Shown one piece after another: positions 16,463 through 34,921 of a stretch of 64,000 nt of DNA. Numbering within the stretch: the first letter of the stretch is position 1; each line of letters starts with the position of its first letter. The stretch lies in assembly GCF_009914755.1 (NCBI RefSeq), contig NC_060938.1. The stretch is one strand, 5' to 3'. The translations under genes were made by a program, and so were the position numbers. Under the pieces are notes generated by a model. That model made no database searches. It was given only the letters and a program-made list of their open reading frames with translations, and was not told the origin of the DNA. This DNA comes from the human T2T-CHM13v2.0 reference genome, Homo sapiens.

Positions 16463-17803
16463 TTATCAGAAGATACACTGTAGATTTTAAGTCGAGATTC
16501 TTGTATTCCTAAATGTTTATTGAAGAGTTGAGCAGCAGTCCTTTTAGCTGGGCACAGTGGCTTATGCCTGCAATCCTAGAACTTTAGGAGGCCAAGGAGG
16601 GTGAATCACCTGAGGTCAGGAGTTCACACCTGTAATCCCAGCGCTTTGGGAGGCTGAGGAGGATGGATCATATGAGGTAAGGAGTTTGAGACCAGCCTGG
16701 CCAACATGGTGAAACCCCATCTCTATTAAAAATACAAAAAAATTAGCCAGGCATGGTAGCGCATGCCTGTAGTTCCAGCTACTCCGGAGGCTGAGGCAGG
16801 AGAATCGTTTGAACACAGGAGGCAGAGGTTTCAGTGAGCCGAGATCATGCCACTGCACTCCAGCCTGGGGGACAGAGCAAGACTCTGTCTCCAAAAAAAA
16901 AAAAAAAGTTTATTTTAGTCTGAAAATAAATTTCAAGATACTATTGTAAAAATCTGAAGGAAATTGCTTTTGTCACAACGCAACAGTTATCTGAGCTGTG
17001 GAATACAGAAATTATCTCTCAGCTTTTTACTAGATATCTAGCAAGTAACTTTTAAATTGATAGATGGCAAAGAATAAGACATATCACTAAGCTATGATTG
17101 TTAAGTCTCTAAATAGGTTACTTAGAAAAGGCAGCAGCACAGCATGAGGCAAACTTATGTTTCTATCCTGATTCCACTCTTTATCTGGTATGTGTTCTTG
17201 AGTTGGTTTTGTAACCTAAACCTTTATCTGTCAAATAAGAAAAATGTAACTAGCTCACTGTATCATCCCAGGATAAATGAGATATAATAGATACAATTTC
17301 TAACACAGTGCCTGGCCTTAAGAAGGAGGTTTTTTAAAAAAAAGTATTTTAGGCTGGGCTCAATAGCCCACACCTATAATCCCAGCACTTTGGGAGGCCA
17401 AGGCAGGAGAATTGCTTGAGCCCAGGAATTCGAGACCAGCTTGGGCAACATGGCGAAACCCTGTCTCTAACGAAAATACAAAAAACTAGCTGAGCGTGGT
17501 GGTGTGCCTGTAGTCCCAGCTACCCAGGAGGCTGAGGTTGGAGGGTCATTTGAGCCCAAGGCTGAAGTGAGCCATGATTGCATAACACTGCATACCAGCC
17601 TGGGTAAGAGAGTGAGACCCTGTCTCAAAAAAAATTAAAACAAAAACAAAACCCCGAATGTTTTTTTTACTATAAGATGGTGAACACATGGATTAGGACT
17701 GAACTCCCTAAACCTCCTAGAAACAAGGCACTAAATAACTGCCATTATAATTCATTTAAATATTTAATGAGTGACAATAACTATTGTTCCAGAAACCATA
17801 CTA

Positions 17804-17989
<186 letters not shown>

Positions 17990-18546
17990 TTATATAACAA
18001 TATACAAAAATTGACAGCTTAATATCTTAACATATAAATTAGCTATGTATTTTATTAACAAACATTAGTGCTGCTTTACTTTTATTTTTTGAGACAGGGT
18101 CCAGCTCTGTAGCCCAGACCGGGATGCAGTGGCATGATCTTGGCTCACGGCAACCTCTGTCTTGTGGGCTCAAACGATTCTCCCACCTCAGATTCCTAAG
18201 TAGCTGGGAACTACAGGGTTGCACTACCATGCCTGGCTAATTTTATTTTGTATTTTTGGTACAGATGGGTTTCGTCATGTTGCCCAGGCTGGTTTCAAAC
18301 TCATGGGCTCAAGCAATCCTCTCGCCTCAGCCTCCCAAAGTGCTGGGATTACAGGCCCAAGCCACCACACCTGGCCACAAAATATGATCTTTCTTCACAC
18401 TCTCTCCTTTCATTTTCATGTACTCTTCTTTATCTTCTGTTCACCTTTCCTACTGGTGTTAAGACATCACTTTACCAATGCTCATTCATTTAACAAACAT
18501 TTGCTAAAGGACTACTACTGTTTTTGGTTTGTTTGTTTTGTTTTGA

Positions 18547-18806
<260 letters not shown>

Positions 18807-19252
18807 TGAGCCACTGCACCCGGCCAGGACTACTACTTTTAACAAGGTATATTATCAACTAGAGTATGGTTTTCATCCTTAGCAATACAGAAGTTTAATG
18901 AAATTACTTTTATTATGTCACTAGAATAAATCTGCTAAACTGTTATGGCATGAGGTTTCCTGGTTCTCTAAGAAATTCTGGCAATGTTGAGTCATTTGTA
19001 CTTTCTTTTTTGTTTTGTTATTTTGCTTTCCGAGATGGAGTCTTGCTCTATTGCCCAGGCTGGAGTGCAGTGACGCGATCTTGGCTCACTGCAACCTCCG
19101 CCTCCTGGGTTCAAGTCATTTTCCTGCCTCAGCCTACTGACTAGCTGGGACTACAGGCACGTGCCACCACGCCTGGCTAATTTTTTGTATTTTTAGTAGA
19201 GATGGGGTTTCACCATGTTAGCCAGGATGGTCTCGATCTCCTGACCTCGTGA

Positions 19253-19660
<408 letters not shown>

Positions 19661-21220
19661 TAGAAGAAAGGAGAGTTATCTATTGACTTATCACTGAATA
19701 TTTTAAAATGTTGTTTCCATTTAGTATCTTTCAGCTTGGTAAATACTACTTAGCAAACATAATTGTAACACCTGGGTAAGGCCAGGCATGGTGGCTCACA
19801 CCTGTAATTCCAGCACTTTGGGAGGCTGAGGCCAGATGATCGCTTGAGCCCACGAGTTTGAGGATATGGTGAGCTATGACTGCGCCACTGCACTCAATCC
19901 CGGGCGACAGACTGAAATAGTGTCTCAAAACAAAAACAAAAACCTCTGTTTCAGTAGAATTTTTTAGTTACCAAATTTAAGAATAAATCTACTGCACTTT
20001 TATATTTCTCTAAGGCCAGATTAGAAATAAATAGCTAACACACAAAAAGTCTTTCAATCATATTCACAAGATGTTAGGAAATTATATTTCTAAAAATCCT
20101 GCAACGTTCACTTATTTTAACTATAATAAAATTTAGTTCAGAGAAGTGTATGTGCATTTTTTAAAAAAAGATGAATAAAACAAAGTAAGAATTTAGAAAA
20201 GCATTTTTATTGGTTTCTGCGTTCATTAGGAGGGCAGATTATAGTCCCTGCAGGGCCTTCCTGCTACTTACTTAGGTAAGTATAAATTAAGTATAAATAA
20301 ATCTTTTATCAGGATAAAAGATAATTTGCATTGTTAGACTTACAGAAAGAGACTTTTCTGAGGCCAACCAGCCCCTATGCCAATAAAAGCAAGCAAACAT
20401 ACATTTAAAAAAATGAAACAAGACATAAGCTGAAACTAGAGTAGGAACATAAATATCAATACCAACACAAGGATCTGAGACTAGGCTTGCACCCATGGTA
20501 GGGGTGTAAAACCCATTCATTTTAAGAAACTTTCACCAAACCAAACTAGGAATAGGAGGTTACTCTCTTAATCTGATAGAGTATCTACTAAAAAAGCTGG
20601 AGCAAACACCATCCTATCAGTAAAACATGAAAAGCATTCCCTTTAACCCTATTTAGTTTCAAATGGCAGTTATCTAATAAAGTTAGCACATAAGGAAGAG
20701 AGAAACAATATTGTAAAAGGAAAAATCCAGATGAATCTACAAATAAATGTTTCATAGGACAAAATTCAGTAAGGTGGTCAGATACAAAATCAAATACATT
20801 TTTATATGGCAGCAATAAACAGACTATATACACTATATACCCATTTATTTAATAATCACAACAAAAATACAAAGAACCTCGGAGTAAATTTTTTAAAAAG
20901 ACTTATAAGACCTTTATTTAGAAAACAATTTAAACTTTGTAAAATACCTCAATAATAGTAAAGAGGTATCATGTTCAGAGGTATTATAAAACTATGAATT
21001 ATCTTCAAATTTATCCACAGATTCAATGCAATCTCAAATAAAATTTATCTTATTTATTTATTTATTTTTTGAGATGGAGTCTCACTCTGTTACCCAGGCT
21101 GGAGTGCAGTGGCGTGATCTTGACTCACTATGACCTCTGTCTCCTCGTTTCAGACTATTCTCCTGCCTCCACCTCCTGAGTAGCTGGGATTACAGCCATG
21201 TGCCACCACTATGCCCAGCT

Positions 21221-21254
<34 letters not shown>

Positions 21255-21656
21255 TACAGACGGGGTCTCACCATGTTGGCCAGGCTGGTCTTGAACTTCT
21301 GACCTCAAATGATCTACCCACCTCAGCCTCCCAAAATGATAGGATTATAGCATGAGCCACTGTGCCCAGCCCCAAATAAAATTTCAATAGAAGATCAAAA
21401 GTGCATGAAGGGCCAAAATATGTCTAAAGAGGAGTAACGTCAAAAGGCTTAATCTAACATACAAAATTTATTATAAAGATAACGTGTTGGCATATAAATA
21501 AACACACCAATAGAGAGCACAGGCATAGATCATGCATAAATGAGAATATAATACATGACAGAAGTGAATGGCAATCATTGAAGGAAGTATGGATTTTTTT
21601 AGTAACGTATGGGACAGTTTGTTATCCATATTTAAAAACAAAACGAAACTGAATCC

Positions 21657-22074
21657 TGCTATGGGGTCTGAATGTGTCCTCCAAAATTCATGTATTAGAA
21701 ACTTAATCCCCAATGCAGTACTGCTGGGAGGTAGGGCCTTTTGGTAGGTGTTCAGGTCGTGAAGGCAAAGCCCTCACAAATGGATTAATGTCATTATAAA
21801 AGGGCTTCACGGAGGGAGTTTGGCCCTTTTTTTTTGCCCTTCTATCCCTTTGCCAGATGAAGAAGGCACAGAGTTCCTCCCCTCTAGAGAATGTAGCAAC
21901 AAGGTGCCATCTTGGAGGTAAACAGCAGGCTCTCATCAGACACCCAATCTGCTGGTGTCTTGATCTTAGACTCCTGCCTCCAGAACTGTTAGAAATAAGT
22001 GCCCGTTTTTTAATAAATTATCCAGCCTCAGGTATTTTGTGATAGCAGCATAGCAGCACAAATGGACTAAGACA
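21657..22074 (+). mobile_element. MaLR solo LTR (MSTC/MSTD-like)
   Basis: TGCTATGG..CTGAATGTGTCC start, AATGGACTAAGACA end, 5-bp TSD AATCC / GATCC. Confidence 0.82.
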
Positions 22075-22653
22075 GATCCCTAGCTCACTCCAAATAGAAA
22101 AATCGGTTCCAGATGACTTAAATATGAAAGATAAACCTTCAAACACTTCAGAGAGAAATATAAGAAAATATAACTTTGCAGTAAGGAAGACTTCTTTTTT
22201 TTTGGAACTGGGGTCTCGCTCTGTCATCCAGGCTGGAGAGCAGTGGCGCAATCAAGACTATAGCCTTGAATTGAGGTGCTCAAGCAATCATTCCCGCCTC
22301 AGCCTCCTGTGTAGCTAGGACTACTAGTGAGCATCAGTACATCTGACTCTATTTATTTATTTATTTAATTTATTTATTTTGGTAGAGATGAGACCTCACT
22401 ATGTTGCTCAGGCTGGTCTCAAATCCCTGACCTCAAGCAATCCTCTCACCTCAGCCTCCCAAAGCACTAGGATTACAGGCATGAGCCACTGCCCCAGCCA
22501 GGAAGAATTTTTAAACAAAAAGAAAAAAAGTACTAACCAAAGAGTAAAAGATTAATACATTTGACATTTAAATAATAAATGTTTATTAATAAAAAACTAG
22601 AAGACATTTTTAATATTTTAATGAACAGCTAAAGAATAGTCTCAGAAATATGT

Positions 22654-23888
<1,235 letters not shown>

Positions 23889-24666
23889 TTATAAATCAAT
23901 AACAAAAAGACAACCTAAAAGAAAAATAGGTTAAAGATATGAATGAATAGGCATTTTATAGCATGGGGAAGGGAAATATTGAGAAAAAACAAACATATAA
24001 AATTATACTTAAACCGTCAGGAAACCGATATACAATTAAAACCATAATGAGATACCATTTTTTACCTATTGGATGGGGTAGAATTGATAACTGAGTAAGT
24101 GTTGGTGAAAAAGTGGGTCAAAGGATACTTACACTATTGGTAGAAATACAGAAGAACACTGAAAAATAATTTGGTTTATTTTCTGAAGTTGAACATAAAA
24201 ATACATTTTAGCATAGCAATTTCACTACTAGGTACATACCCTAGAGACTTAAACAGCTTGAGTACAAATGGTCACATTATTACCATAAGCTTTAAAAGCA
24301 GAAAATTGGAAACAACCCAGAAGTCCATTGACAAGAGAATCAATATGTTGTTGTATATTCACACAATTAAATATTATACAGCAACGAAAATGAATGAACT
24401 TAAAACATAGGTAAAACTTAGAAACATAATGTTGAATAACAAAAGCAAGCCCCAGAAACAGGACAGTAATTTTTGCCTGATCAAAACCAAACAAACCTAA
24501 ACAATGTACTATTTTAAGAAACAAAAATATGTGATACACTTTTTTAAAAGGCAAGGAAATGACAACTATAAAATTCAGATTAGTGGTTGCTTCTAAAGGA
24601 AGGCACAAAGAATGGTGCTGGAGAGGGGCACACAGACACCTTCAATAGTATCATTAATGCTCTAGT

Positions 24667-24885
24667 CCAGTGGTAGCCAAATTATGACCCACTGCCTGTT
24701 TTTGTAAATAAAGTTATATTGGAACACAGCCACATTCATTCATTAATTCATTCATTCACCTATTATCCGTGACTGCTTTTGAGCTACGATGAGAGAGTTG
24801 AGTAGCTGCAACATAGACTTCATAGTCTGTATATCCTAAAGTATTTACTATCTGGTCCTTCAGAAGAAACAGTCACAAACCTTTG
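24667..24885 (+). mobile_element. MER58A-like DNA transposon remnant
   Basis: cctgtttttgtaaataaagt..ttggaacacagcca motif. Confidence 0.65.
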
Positions 24886-25448
24886 CTCAGGCTGTGTTGG
24901 ATTCACAAGTGCACATTTTATTATTATACCTTATAAGCCATATCTTAAATGTATTTTCTGTATATATAAAGTGTTAATCATTAGATGCTGTTTTCAAAGA
25001 ACTTTCACATGTTTTATTAATTTGGAAATTACAAGTGCTCACATTATATACTGGCTTTTCTCTATATGTTCTAATCATATACGTATAACTCAAACTTATG
25101 AAAAATATAAACAAACAAAAAACTGAAACTGTTAGAAGCATCTGGTTCTCACGAACACAGAATACTCTAACAAACCAATAAAATGCATAGCTGAAAAGGT
25201 TAAGAGGCTTAATAGTTAATTTCTTGTTAAATCTGCCTGTATGTAAGGTAGATTATTCCCCTAAAATTTTCCTTCCCTTTTAATATGTAATTTCTTTCAA
25301 GATCCTAGCCTAAAAAAAAATCATATAACTAACTGATTGCCTTCCTCCATAAAATCATTCACCAACTACAGAAATTTGCCTTATTAATGTACTTAAGGAA
25401 TATTACATAATCAGAGGGCAACTATCAAATCTAAACAGTCGATGCTTA

Positions 25449-25682
<234 letters not shown>

Positions 25683-26360
25683 CTAGTATAAAAAGGTATA
25701 TAGTGCTTTCTACTCCTAATCATACTTAAAAAAACAACAACAACTCTCTAGGAGTACTAAGACGGAGCAATAACCATATTCACAAAATGCTGCTGTTCTA
25801 GGGTTTTACTTTTACTCAGCCCTCAAGCTTAGAAGCAAAAAAAAAAAAAAAAACCAGCTTAGACTCTCAAGTTTGCCAGCTCTACAACTAGTTCCGTGGA
25901 ATCACACTGACTTTCAAGTCAGCATGTTAGGTTTTTACAGATGTTATCTGAAACAAATAGTGTGTGCTACCACCCCTGGATAATTTTTGTATTTTTAGAA
26001 GAGAAGGGGTTTCACCATGTTGGCCAGGCTTGGTCTCGAAGTCCTGGCCTCAAGTGATTGATCTGTCTGCCTGGGCCTCCCAAAGTGCTAGGATTATAGG
26101 ATTGAGACATGGTGTCTGGAATAAATAACTTTCTATAATGAATTACTTTGTATGTAGAATAAGATGAGTATTTTAAAGTCAGACTGGGCCAGGCGCAGTG
26201 GCTCACACCCGTAATCCCAGCACTTTGGGAGGCTGAGGAGGGCAGATCACCTGAAGTTGGGAGTTTGAGACCTGCCTGACCAACATGGAGAACCCCATCT
26301 CTACTAAAAATACAAAATTAGCTGAGCATGGTGGCGCATGCCTGTAATCCCAGCTACTCA

Positions 26361-26465
<105 letters not shown>

Positions 26466-26499
26466 TCAAAAACAAAAAAACAAAGTCAGACTGATCAAT

Positions 26500-26570
26500 T
26501 CTTTTCTCTCTTTCGCTCTCTCTCTCCCTCTCTCTCTCTCTCCCTCCCTCCCTCCCTCCTTCCCTCCCGA
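26500..26570. repeat. CT-rich low-complexity tract (decayed Alu tail)
   Basis: (CT)n/(CCCT)n. Confidence 0.85.
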
Positions 26571-26987
26571 CCCCACCTCCCACACCCCTGGACCCTTTGA
26601 GACAGAATCTCACTGTTACCCAGGCTGGAATACAGTGGTGCAACCACAACTCAATGAAGCCTCCACCTCCCACGCTCAGGTAATCCTCCCACCCCAGACT
26701 ACAGGCATGCACCACCATGTCTGGCTAATTTTTGTATTTTTTGTAGAGAGAGCAGTTCACCATGTTGTCCAGGCTGGTCTTGAACTCCTGAGCTCAAGCA
26801 ATCCACTCATCTCGGCCTCCAAAAATGCTGGGATTGGCCACTGAGCCTGGCCAAAATCAATTTCAAAAGTGGTTTTTCTTTAACAGTAAAAATGCCATGA
26901 ATAAACAAAACCAAAATCAATGCTTCCATGTCTTTCCAGGGATCTCACCCTTCATGGTGAAACATTACTTTTTTTTTTTTTTTCTGA

Positions 26988-27149
<162 letters not shown>

Positions 27150-27322
27150 TAGTAGAGATGGGGTTTCACCATGTTGTCTGGGCTGGTCTCAAACTCCTGA
27201 CCTCAGGTGATCCACCCACCTCAGCCTCCCAAAGTGCTGAGATTACAAGCGTGAGCCACAGCACCTGGCTGAAACATTACTTTTAACAGTCTACATATTG
27301 TAGAAGGTACAACTTTCATATA

Positions 27323-28110
27323 CAGGTGACCCTTGAACAACACAAATGTGAACTTCAAGGGTCTCTTCATACATAGGTTTTTTTCAACAGATGCCACACC
27401 GAGTGTGCCTACCTCTCCTGCCTCCCCTTCCACCTGCTCCACCTCTTCTGCATCTGCCCCCAGTGAGAGAAGTAGATCAACCCCTACTCTGCCTTCTCAA
27501 CATAAAGATGATGAGGATGAAGACCTTTATGATGATCTACTTCTGTGTAATGAATAGTAAATATATTTTCTCTTCCTTATGATTTTCTTAATAACACTTT
27601 TTCTTTTCTCTAGCTTACTCCAAGAATACAGTATATAATATATACAACATACAAAATATGTGGGGCTGGGTGTGGTGACTCACGCCTGTAATCCCAACAC
27701 TTTGGGAGGCTGAGGTGGGAGGACTGCTTGAGGTCAGGGGTTCGAGACCAGCCTGGGCAGCATAGTGAGACTCCATCTCTACAAAAAATTTAAAAATTAG
27801 CTGGGCATGGTGGCATGCACCTGTGGTCTCAGCTACTTGGGAGGCTGACGTGAGAGGATCACTAGCCCAGCAGGCCAAGACTGCAGTGAGCTGTGTTCAC
27901 ACCACAACATTCTAGCCTGGGCAACAGTGAGACCCTATCTCAAAAAAAAAAAAAAAAAAAAGTGGTAATTGACCATTTATGTTATCAGTAAGGCTTCTGG
28001 TCAACAGTAGGATATTAGATACATTTTTGGGGAGTTAAAAGCTAGACACAGATTTTTGACTTCGAGGCGCATTGGCATCCCTAACCTCCATGCTGTTCAA
28101 GGGTCAACTG
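27323..28110 (+). mobile_element. Tigger2a-like TcMar element interrupted by an Alu (27664-27961)
   Basis: TIRs CAGGTGACCCTTGAACAACA / TGCTGTTCAAGGGTCAACTG, TA TSDs, GATGAGGATGAAGACCTTTATGATGAT core. Confidence 0.85.
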
Positions 28111-28344
28111 TATAGGCTAAATGGAAACGATTCTTAATGGTAATTAAACCAAACCTTAGTATTTCTGAAAAGAGGAATGAATGCTCACCTAAGACAAAAC
28201 AATGTTGGCAGTTTTAACTGGATTGGACCTAATAAAACATGTATCTTAAGAACTCTCAAATCTGGTTTATTATAACATACACCAGTTATCATTACCAACT
28301 AATCGGTTATAATTTTTTTGTTCAGTTACAAAAAAAAATCATTA

Positions 28345-28614
<270 letters not shown>

Positions 28615-31600
28615 TTATTCAACTTGTCACTTGTAAGAGAATCCAAGGTTGTCACTCTTTAAAACTCTATTATTAAGCAGCAACTTCTCTCCTAAACATT
28701 TTAATTCATTATTGCAATATTTTGTCCCCTTTCTTATCTTCAGGTTCCAAATTATTACTGAATGAATTATTATCTGAAGGTGCTGGAGTACAGAGAGGAA
28801 AAACAAAGAACTAATGGTACAGGCTGGGCTCTAGTATCAGCTCCTCCACTACTGCTATGTGCTCTTTGAGACTCAGTTTCGTCTACATATTAAATGAAGC
28901 TAAAGCCCCCTGTAATGCTTGTCTTTAAGGGCTTGTCAGGTCCAAATGATAGAATGCACTTTAAAGTACTCTGAAAAGCTGTAATGGACCACATAAATGC
29001 AAAGTACAATTATTATAGTAACAAACAACATTGCATGCTTTTTGAGACAGGTTCTTTCTCTGTCCCCCAGGCTGGAGTTTAGTAGTGCAGTGGCATGATC
29101 ACAGCTCACTGCAATCTCAATCTCAACCCCCCTGAGCTTAAGTGATCCTTCCAGCTCAGCCTCCTGAGTAGCTGGGATTACAGGTACATGCCACCACGCC
29201 CAGCTAATTTTTGTATTTTTTGGTAGAGATGGGGTCTCGCCATGTTTCCCAGGCAGGTCTGAACTCCTGGGCTCAAGCAATCCACCCACTTCAGCCTCCC
29301 AAAGTGCTGGAATTACAGATGTGAGCCATCTGTATTCTTGATCTTCAGAATAATGCTAACTTCTGATAGCAACTTGTTCCAGGTCAATAATCAGATACAA
29401 AATGTCTGAATAGAATACTTTTTGTTAAAAAAAGGTTTCAGAGCAACATTTATGAATTGAAGGAATCATGACACAAACCCAATAATAATACAAAACAATG
29501 TACAATGATAACATTATCAATTTTTTAAAAACCCAAACCCATAGCTTTTCTCCCCAGGTACTTTTCTTTAAATTTCTGGAGTTACTTTAAACTTCTCCAG
29601 TAAGCGCTCTCTACTTCTTACTCCCACATTCTGCTGACTGTATGTCTTTCTTCTGTTCCAAACCCATAGCTCAGAACTGCATTTGGCTTTGGAGGGAGAC
29701 TGCCTAGATTAATATCCTGGCTTCATCCACTTATTAGTTGTGTAAACCTGGATGAGTTATTTAACCTTTTTCTGCCTCAATTTCTTCATCCATAAATGGG
29801 GAGAATAATAGTATTTTATTCAAAGGACAGTTTCTGAGGCGTATATGAGTTTATACACAGAAGAGTGCTTAAAGCTGGGCACAGTGGGTCATGCCTGTAA
29901 TCCCAGCACTTTGAGAGGCCGAGGCTGAAGGATTGCTTGAGGCCAGGCATTTGAGACCAGCCAGGTCAACACACCGAAATCTTTCTACAAAAAAGTAAAA
30001 AGTTAGTTGGGTGTGGTAGCACATGTCTATAGTCCCAGCTACTTGGGAGGCTGATGCAGGAGGATCATTTGAGCCCAAGAGATCAAGGCTGCAGCAAGCT
30101 ATGGTCTGACTGCCACTGCAACAGAACAAGATCCTTTCTTTAAATAAATAAATAACAATAATTATAATGTATCTAGCAAACACAACACACATACACGCAC
30201 ACTTTATGAGCCATCCACAGAAAGACAAGATATGGAGGAATCTGGAGATAAATCCAAGTTTTTTCATATGGCATCAGATAAACTGGGAAGTGTATCAAAA
30301 AAGGTTTAAGTGTGTAGCTTACATTCAAGGAATGAACATGTTTTGTGTTTACATTAGTTCATAGTGAAATAATGAAGAAAATTATAAATGGTAAAGGGAA
30401 TGAAAAAAACAGAGAAGACATGTTTAAAATGCAAAGCAAAAATTAACAAAGCACTAAGATTGCTGTCTAAAAATCATTCCCAGCTGGGCACTGTGGCCCA
30501 TGCCTGTAATTCAAGCACTTTGGAAGGGCAAGACAGGAGGATCACTTGAGCTCTGGAGTTCAAGATCAGCTGGGGAAACAGCAAGATCCCATCTCTACAA
30601 AAAAAATTTAAAAATTAGCTGAGTGTAGTGGTGTAAACCTATAGTCCTAGCTACTCATGAGGCCGAGGCAGGAGGACTGCTTGAGCCTGGCATTCAAGGC
30701 TGCAGTGAGCTATGATGGTGCCACTGTACTCCAGCCTGGGTAACATGGTGAGACCCTGTCTCTTAAAAAAAAAAAAAAAAAAAAATTCCATTTCCTACAA
30801 AAGGAATCAAGGCTCCTTGGAGAAACGGCTGATGGCAAGCCTAAGGCAGAAAATGTAGTGTAAAACCTGGGACATCTTGCATGCAAAAACACATTATCAA
30901 AGAATACTAGGTTCACGTTAAAAGGACAAATGAACCAACTTGAAGGGACTCCCAATGACCAAAGATGAGACAATTTGAGGATCGAAAGGAATAATGATCG
31001 CAAGTGATTAAAACATATAAATATATAAAATTCCATGAGCTCATAATGATACCTAAAAACAAAAACCTCACTGGTCCCCCCTGAAAGTTGCTATGATACT
31101 AACGCACTCTAAAAATTGATAATAGCCTGGGTGCAGTGGCTCACTCCTGTAGTCCCAGAACTTTGGGAGGTCAAGGAAGGCAGATTGCTTAAGTCCAGGA
31201 GTAACCTGCTTGAGTCCAGGAGTTTAAGACCAACCTGGGCAACATGACAAAACCCCATCTTTACAAAAAATTAGCCAGGCAGGGTGGTGCACACAGTCCC
31301 AGCTACTCAAGAGGCTGAGGCAGGTGGATCACCCGAGCCTGCGGAGGTCGAGGCTGCAGTGAATCATGATCGTACCACTGCACTCCAGCCTGGGTGACAG
31401 AGTGAGACCCTGTCTCAAAAAATAAATAAGCAAATGAATAAGAATAAAAATAGATAATAAAGGGAAAGAATAGTTAAGAAAAATGAATAAAACCCAAGAA
31501 AACAAAGTAATTAAACAAAACCTTAATTAAAACTTTTAATCCCTTTTTGTATGCTGATTATGCATATGCCGTAAAATATGATGTACAGGAGAAAGGACTT

Positions 31601-31789
31601 CTTGTTGTCTTCCTCCAACACAATTAGCTTGTTTTAAAAGCTCTTGTTTATCAAAATGCATTTATTAGGTAGTTTATTTCCTCCTTAATTCACCAGGAAC
31701 TTCAATACGGCAGGCATGAACACCCAGCAATAAGCAAATAAAAGCTTGACTACATTATTCCCAGCACACTGTGAAATGATGATCTATGC

Positions 31790-32100
31790 TTTGGTCTAAC
31801 AAACACTTTCTGTAAAGGGGCAGATAGTAAACATTTGAGGCTTTGAGAGCCACATACTTCCTGTTGCAATTACTCAACTCTGCCACTGTACACCTAAAGG
31901 TCACAGACAATCCACAAACAAGTGTGGTTGTACACAAATAAAACTATGAATGCTGAAATGTGACTTTCACATGATTCTCATGTATTACAAAATATCTTTT
32001 TTCCCCAACCACTAATAAATATAAAAACTGTTCTTAGCTCACAGGCTGTATAATAAATATTGGTAGTAGGCCAAATTTGGCTCCTTGAAGCTAAACTTGA
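31790..32100. mobile_element. MER58B-like DNA transposon remnant
   Basis: ttctgtaaagggg cagatagtaaacattt..ggctttg motif. Confidence 0.6.
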
Positions 32101-32206
32101 TCTAGTCCAATAAATCTCTTTAATCATCTTAAGAACACTACTTGGCCAGGTGCGGTGGCTCACGCCTGTAATCCCAGCGCTTTGGGAGGCCGAGGCAGGT
32201 GGATCA

Positions 32207-32470
<264 letters not shown>

Positions 32471-32508
32471 TCATTTATGATTGTTTATTCTAATTTAAGC
32501 TCCTTTAG

Positions 32509-32835
<327 letters not shown>

Positions 32836-32855
32836 TAGGCCTCCCAAAGTGCTAG

Positions 32856-33236
<381 letters not shown>

Positions 33237-34093
33237 TAAAATATAGGTGTGATAGAGTAATAAAATTAAGTTTCATTAGCACCATAAGACTGGGCAAAAA
33301 ATAAATAAATAAAGTTTTCAGTGGCTCATGCTTATAATGCCAACACTTTGGGAGGCCAAGGCGGAAGGACTGCTTGAGCCCACAAGTTCGAGACGAGCCT
33401 GGGCAACATAGTGAGACCCCATCTCTACAAAAAAAATTTTTTTAAATTAGCCAGGCATGATGTTGCATGCCTATGGTCCCAGCTACTTGGGAGGCTTAGG
33501 TAGGAGGATCACTTGGGCCCAGGAGGTCAAGGCTGCAGTGAGCCATGATCATGCCACTGCACTCCAGCTCGTGTGACAGAGTGAGACCCTGTCTCAAAAA
33601 TTTAGAGGATATAAATAGTCATGACTGTAAAACAATTACTGTTTTTTAATAAATATAATTTAAGTAAAATTCATCCCCTTCAATGTAGCAACCTTATTGG
33701 CTGTTATGAATCCTCAAACAATTATAGAACTGGATTCCCAAGCTACGGGTATGTTCTTTTGCCTATATTGTGGAAATGTTTTTTTCTGAAGATGGATGTC
33801 AATGATTTTTGAAAAAGCCACAGTTGTTCAGAGTTAAGCCTGAAAGATGATTAGTAACTCGGCTTATCCTACTTGAGGCTTATCATCTAGCCCGGAAGAG
33901 AAAATCAAGAGAGATCTCAAAAGGTTTTAAGCAATGACGAAAGTAAAAGGCTTTTAAAGGTGACTACTACAAGAAAAATGTTTGTGTGGCTATTTAAATT
34001 CTGGTATGTATTAAAAGTTCATTTCATCAAATCACATATAAGAATCATTTCACTCAGAAAACACAAAGTATTTCAAGGTATGTAAACCTTCTA

Positions 34094-34216
<123 letters not shown>

Positions 34217-34723
34217 CTATTTACATATAGAACAAGTTTTAAAAAAAGCATATCAGTTTATAAATTACTAAATGATAGCAGCTAACAATATCTTGAAAAA
34301 TTAATTCTTACATAAAATAAATGTAAACGATAAAGAACTGTCATTCGTGTAGACTACATAATAGGACTGTCATAAAGGAAACTATAAAAAATTAAGTTTT
34401 CAAGGTTAAATACTGGTATATGAGGTAGTACACAACAATCCCATAATTTTTTGTAGAACACATGTGACAACAATGTAAGATTATTCAAGTATAGCTGTAT
34501 AGAATTTGAATTTACTTTTAGTTTTGAGCAACTATCCTTTTAAATCCATAATTATCCAAAAAAAGTTTTCTTACAGGAGTCTCTCTCTTAAAAATGCTAC
34601 ATACAGCCAGGTGCGGTGGCTCATGCCTGTAATCCCAGCACTTTGGGAGGCTGAGGCGGGTGGATCACAAAGTCAGGAGATCGAGACCATCCTGGCTAGC
34701 ACAGTGAAACCCCATCTCTACTA

Positions 34724-34921
<198 letters not shown>

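Noticed and set aside
27333-27557. ORF with acidic KDDEDEDLYDD tail
   Set aside because: Lies inside the Tigger2a-like remnant and is not an independent gene
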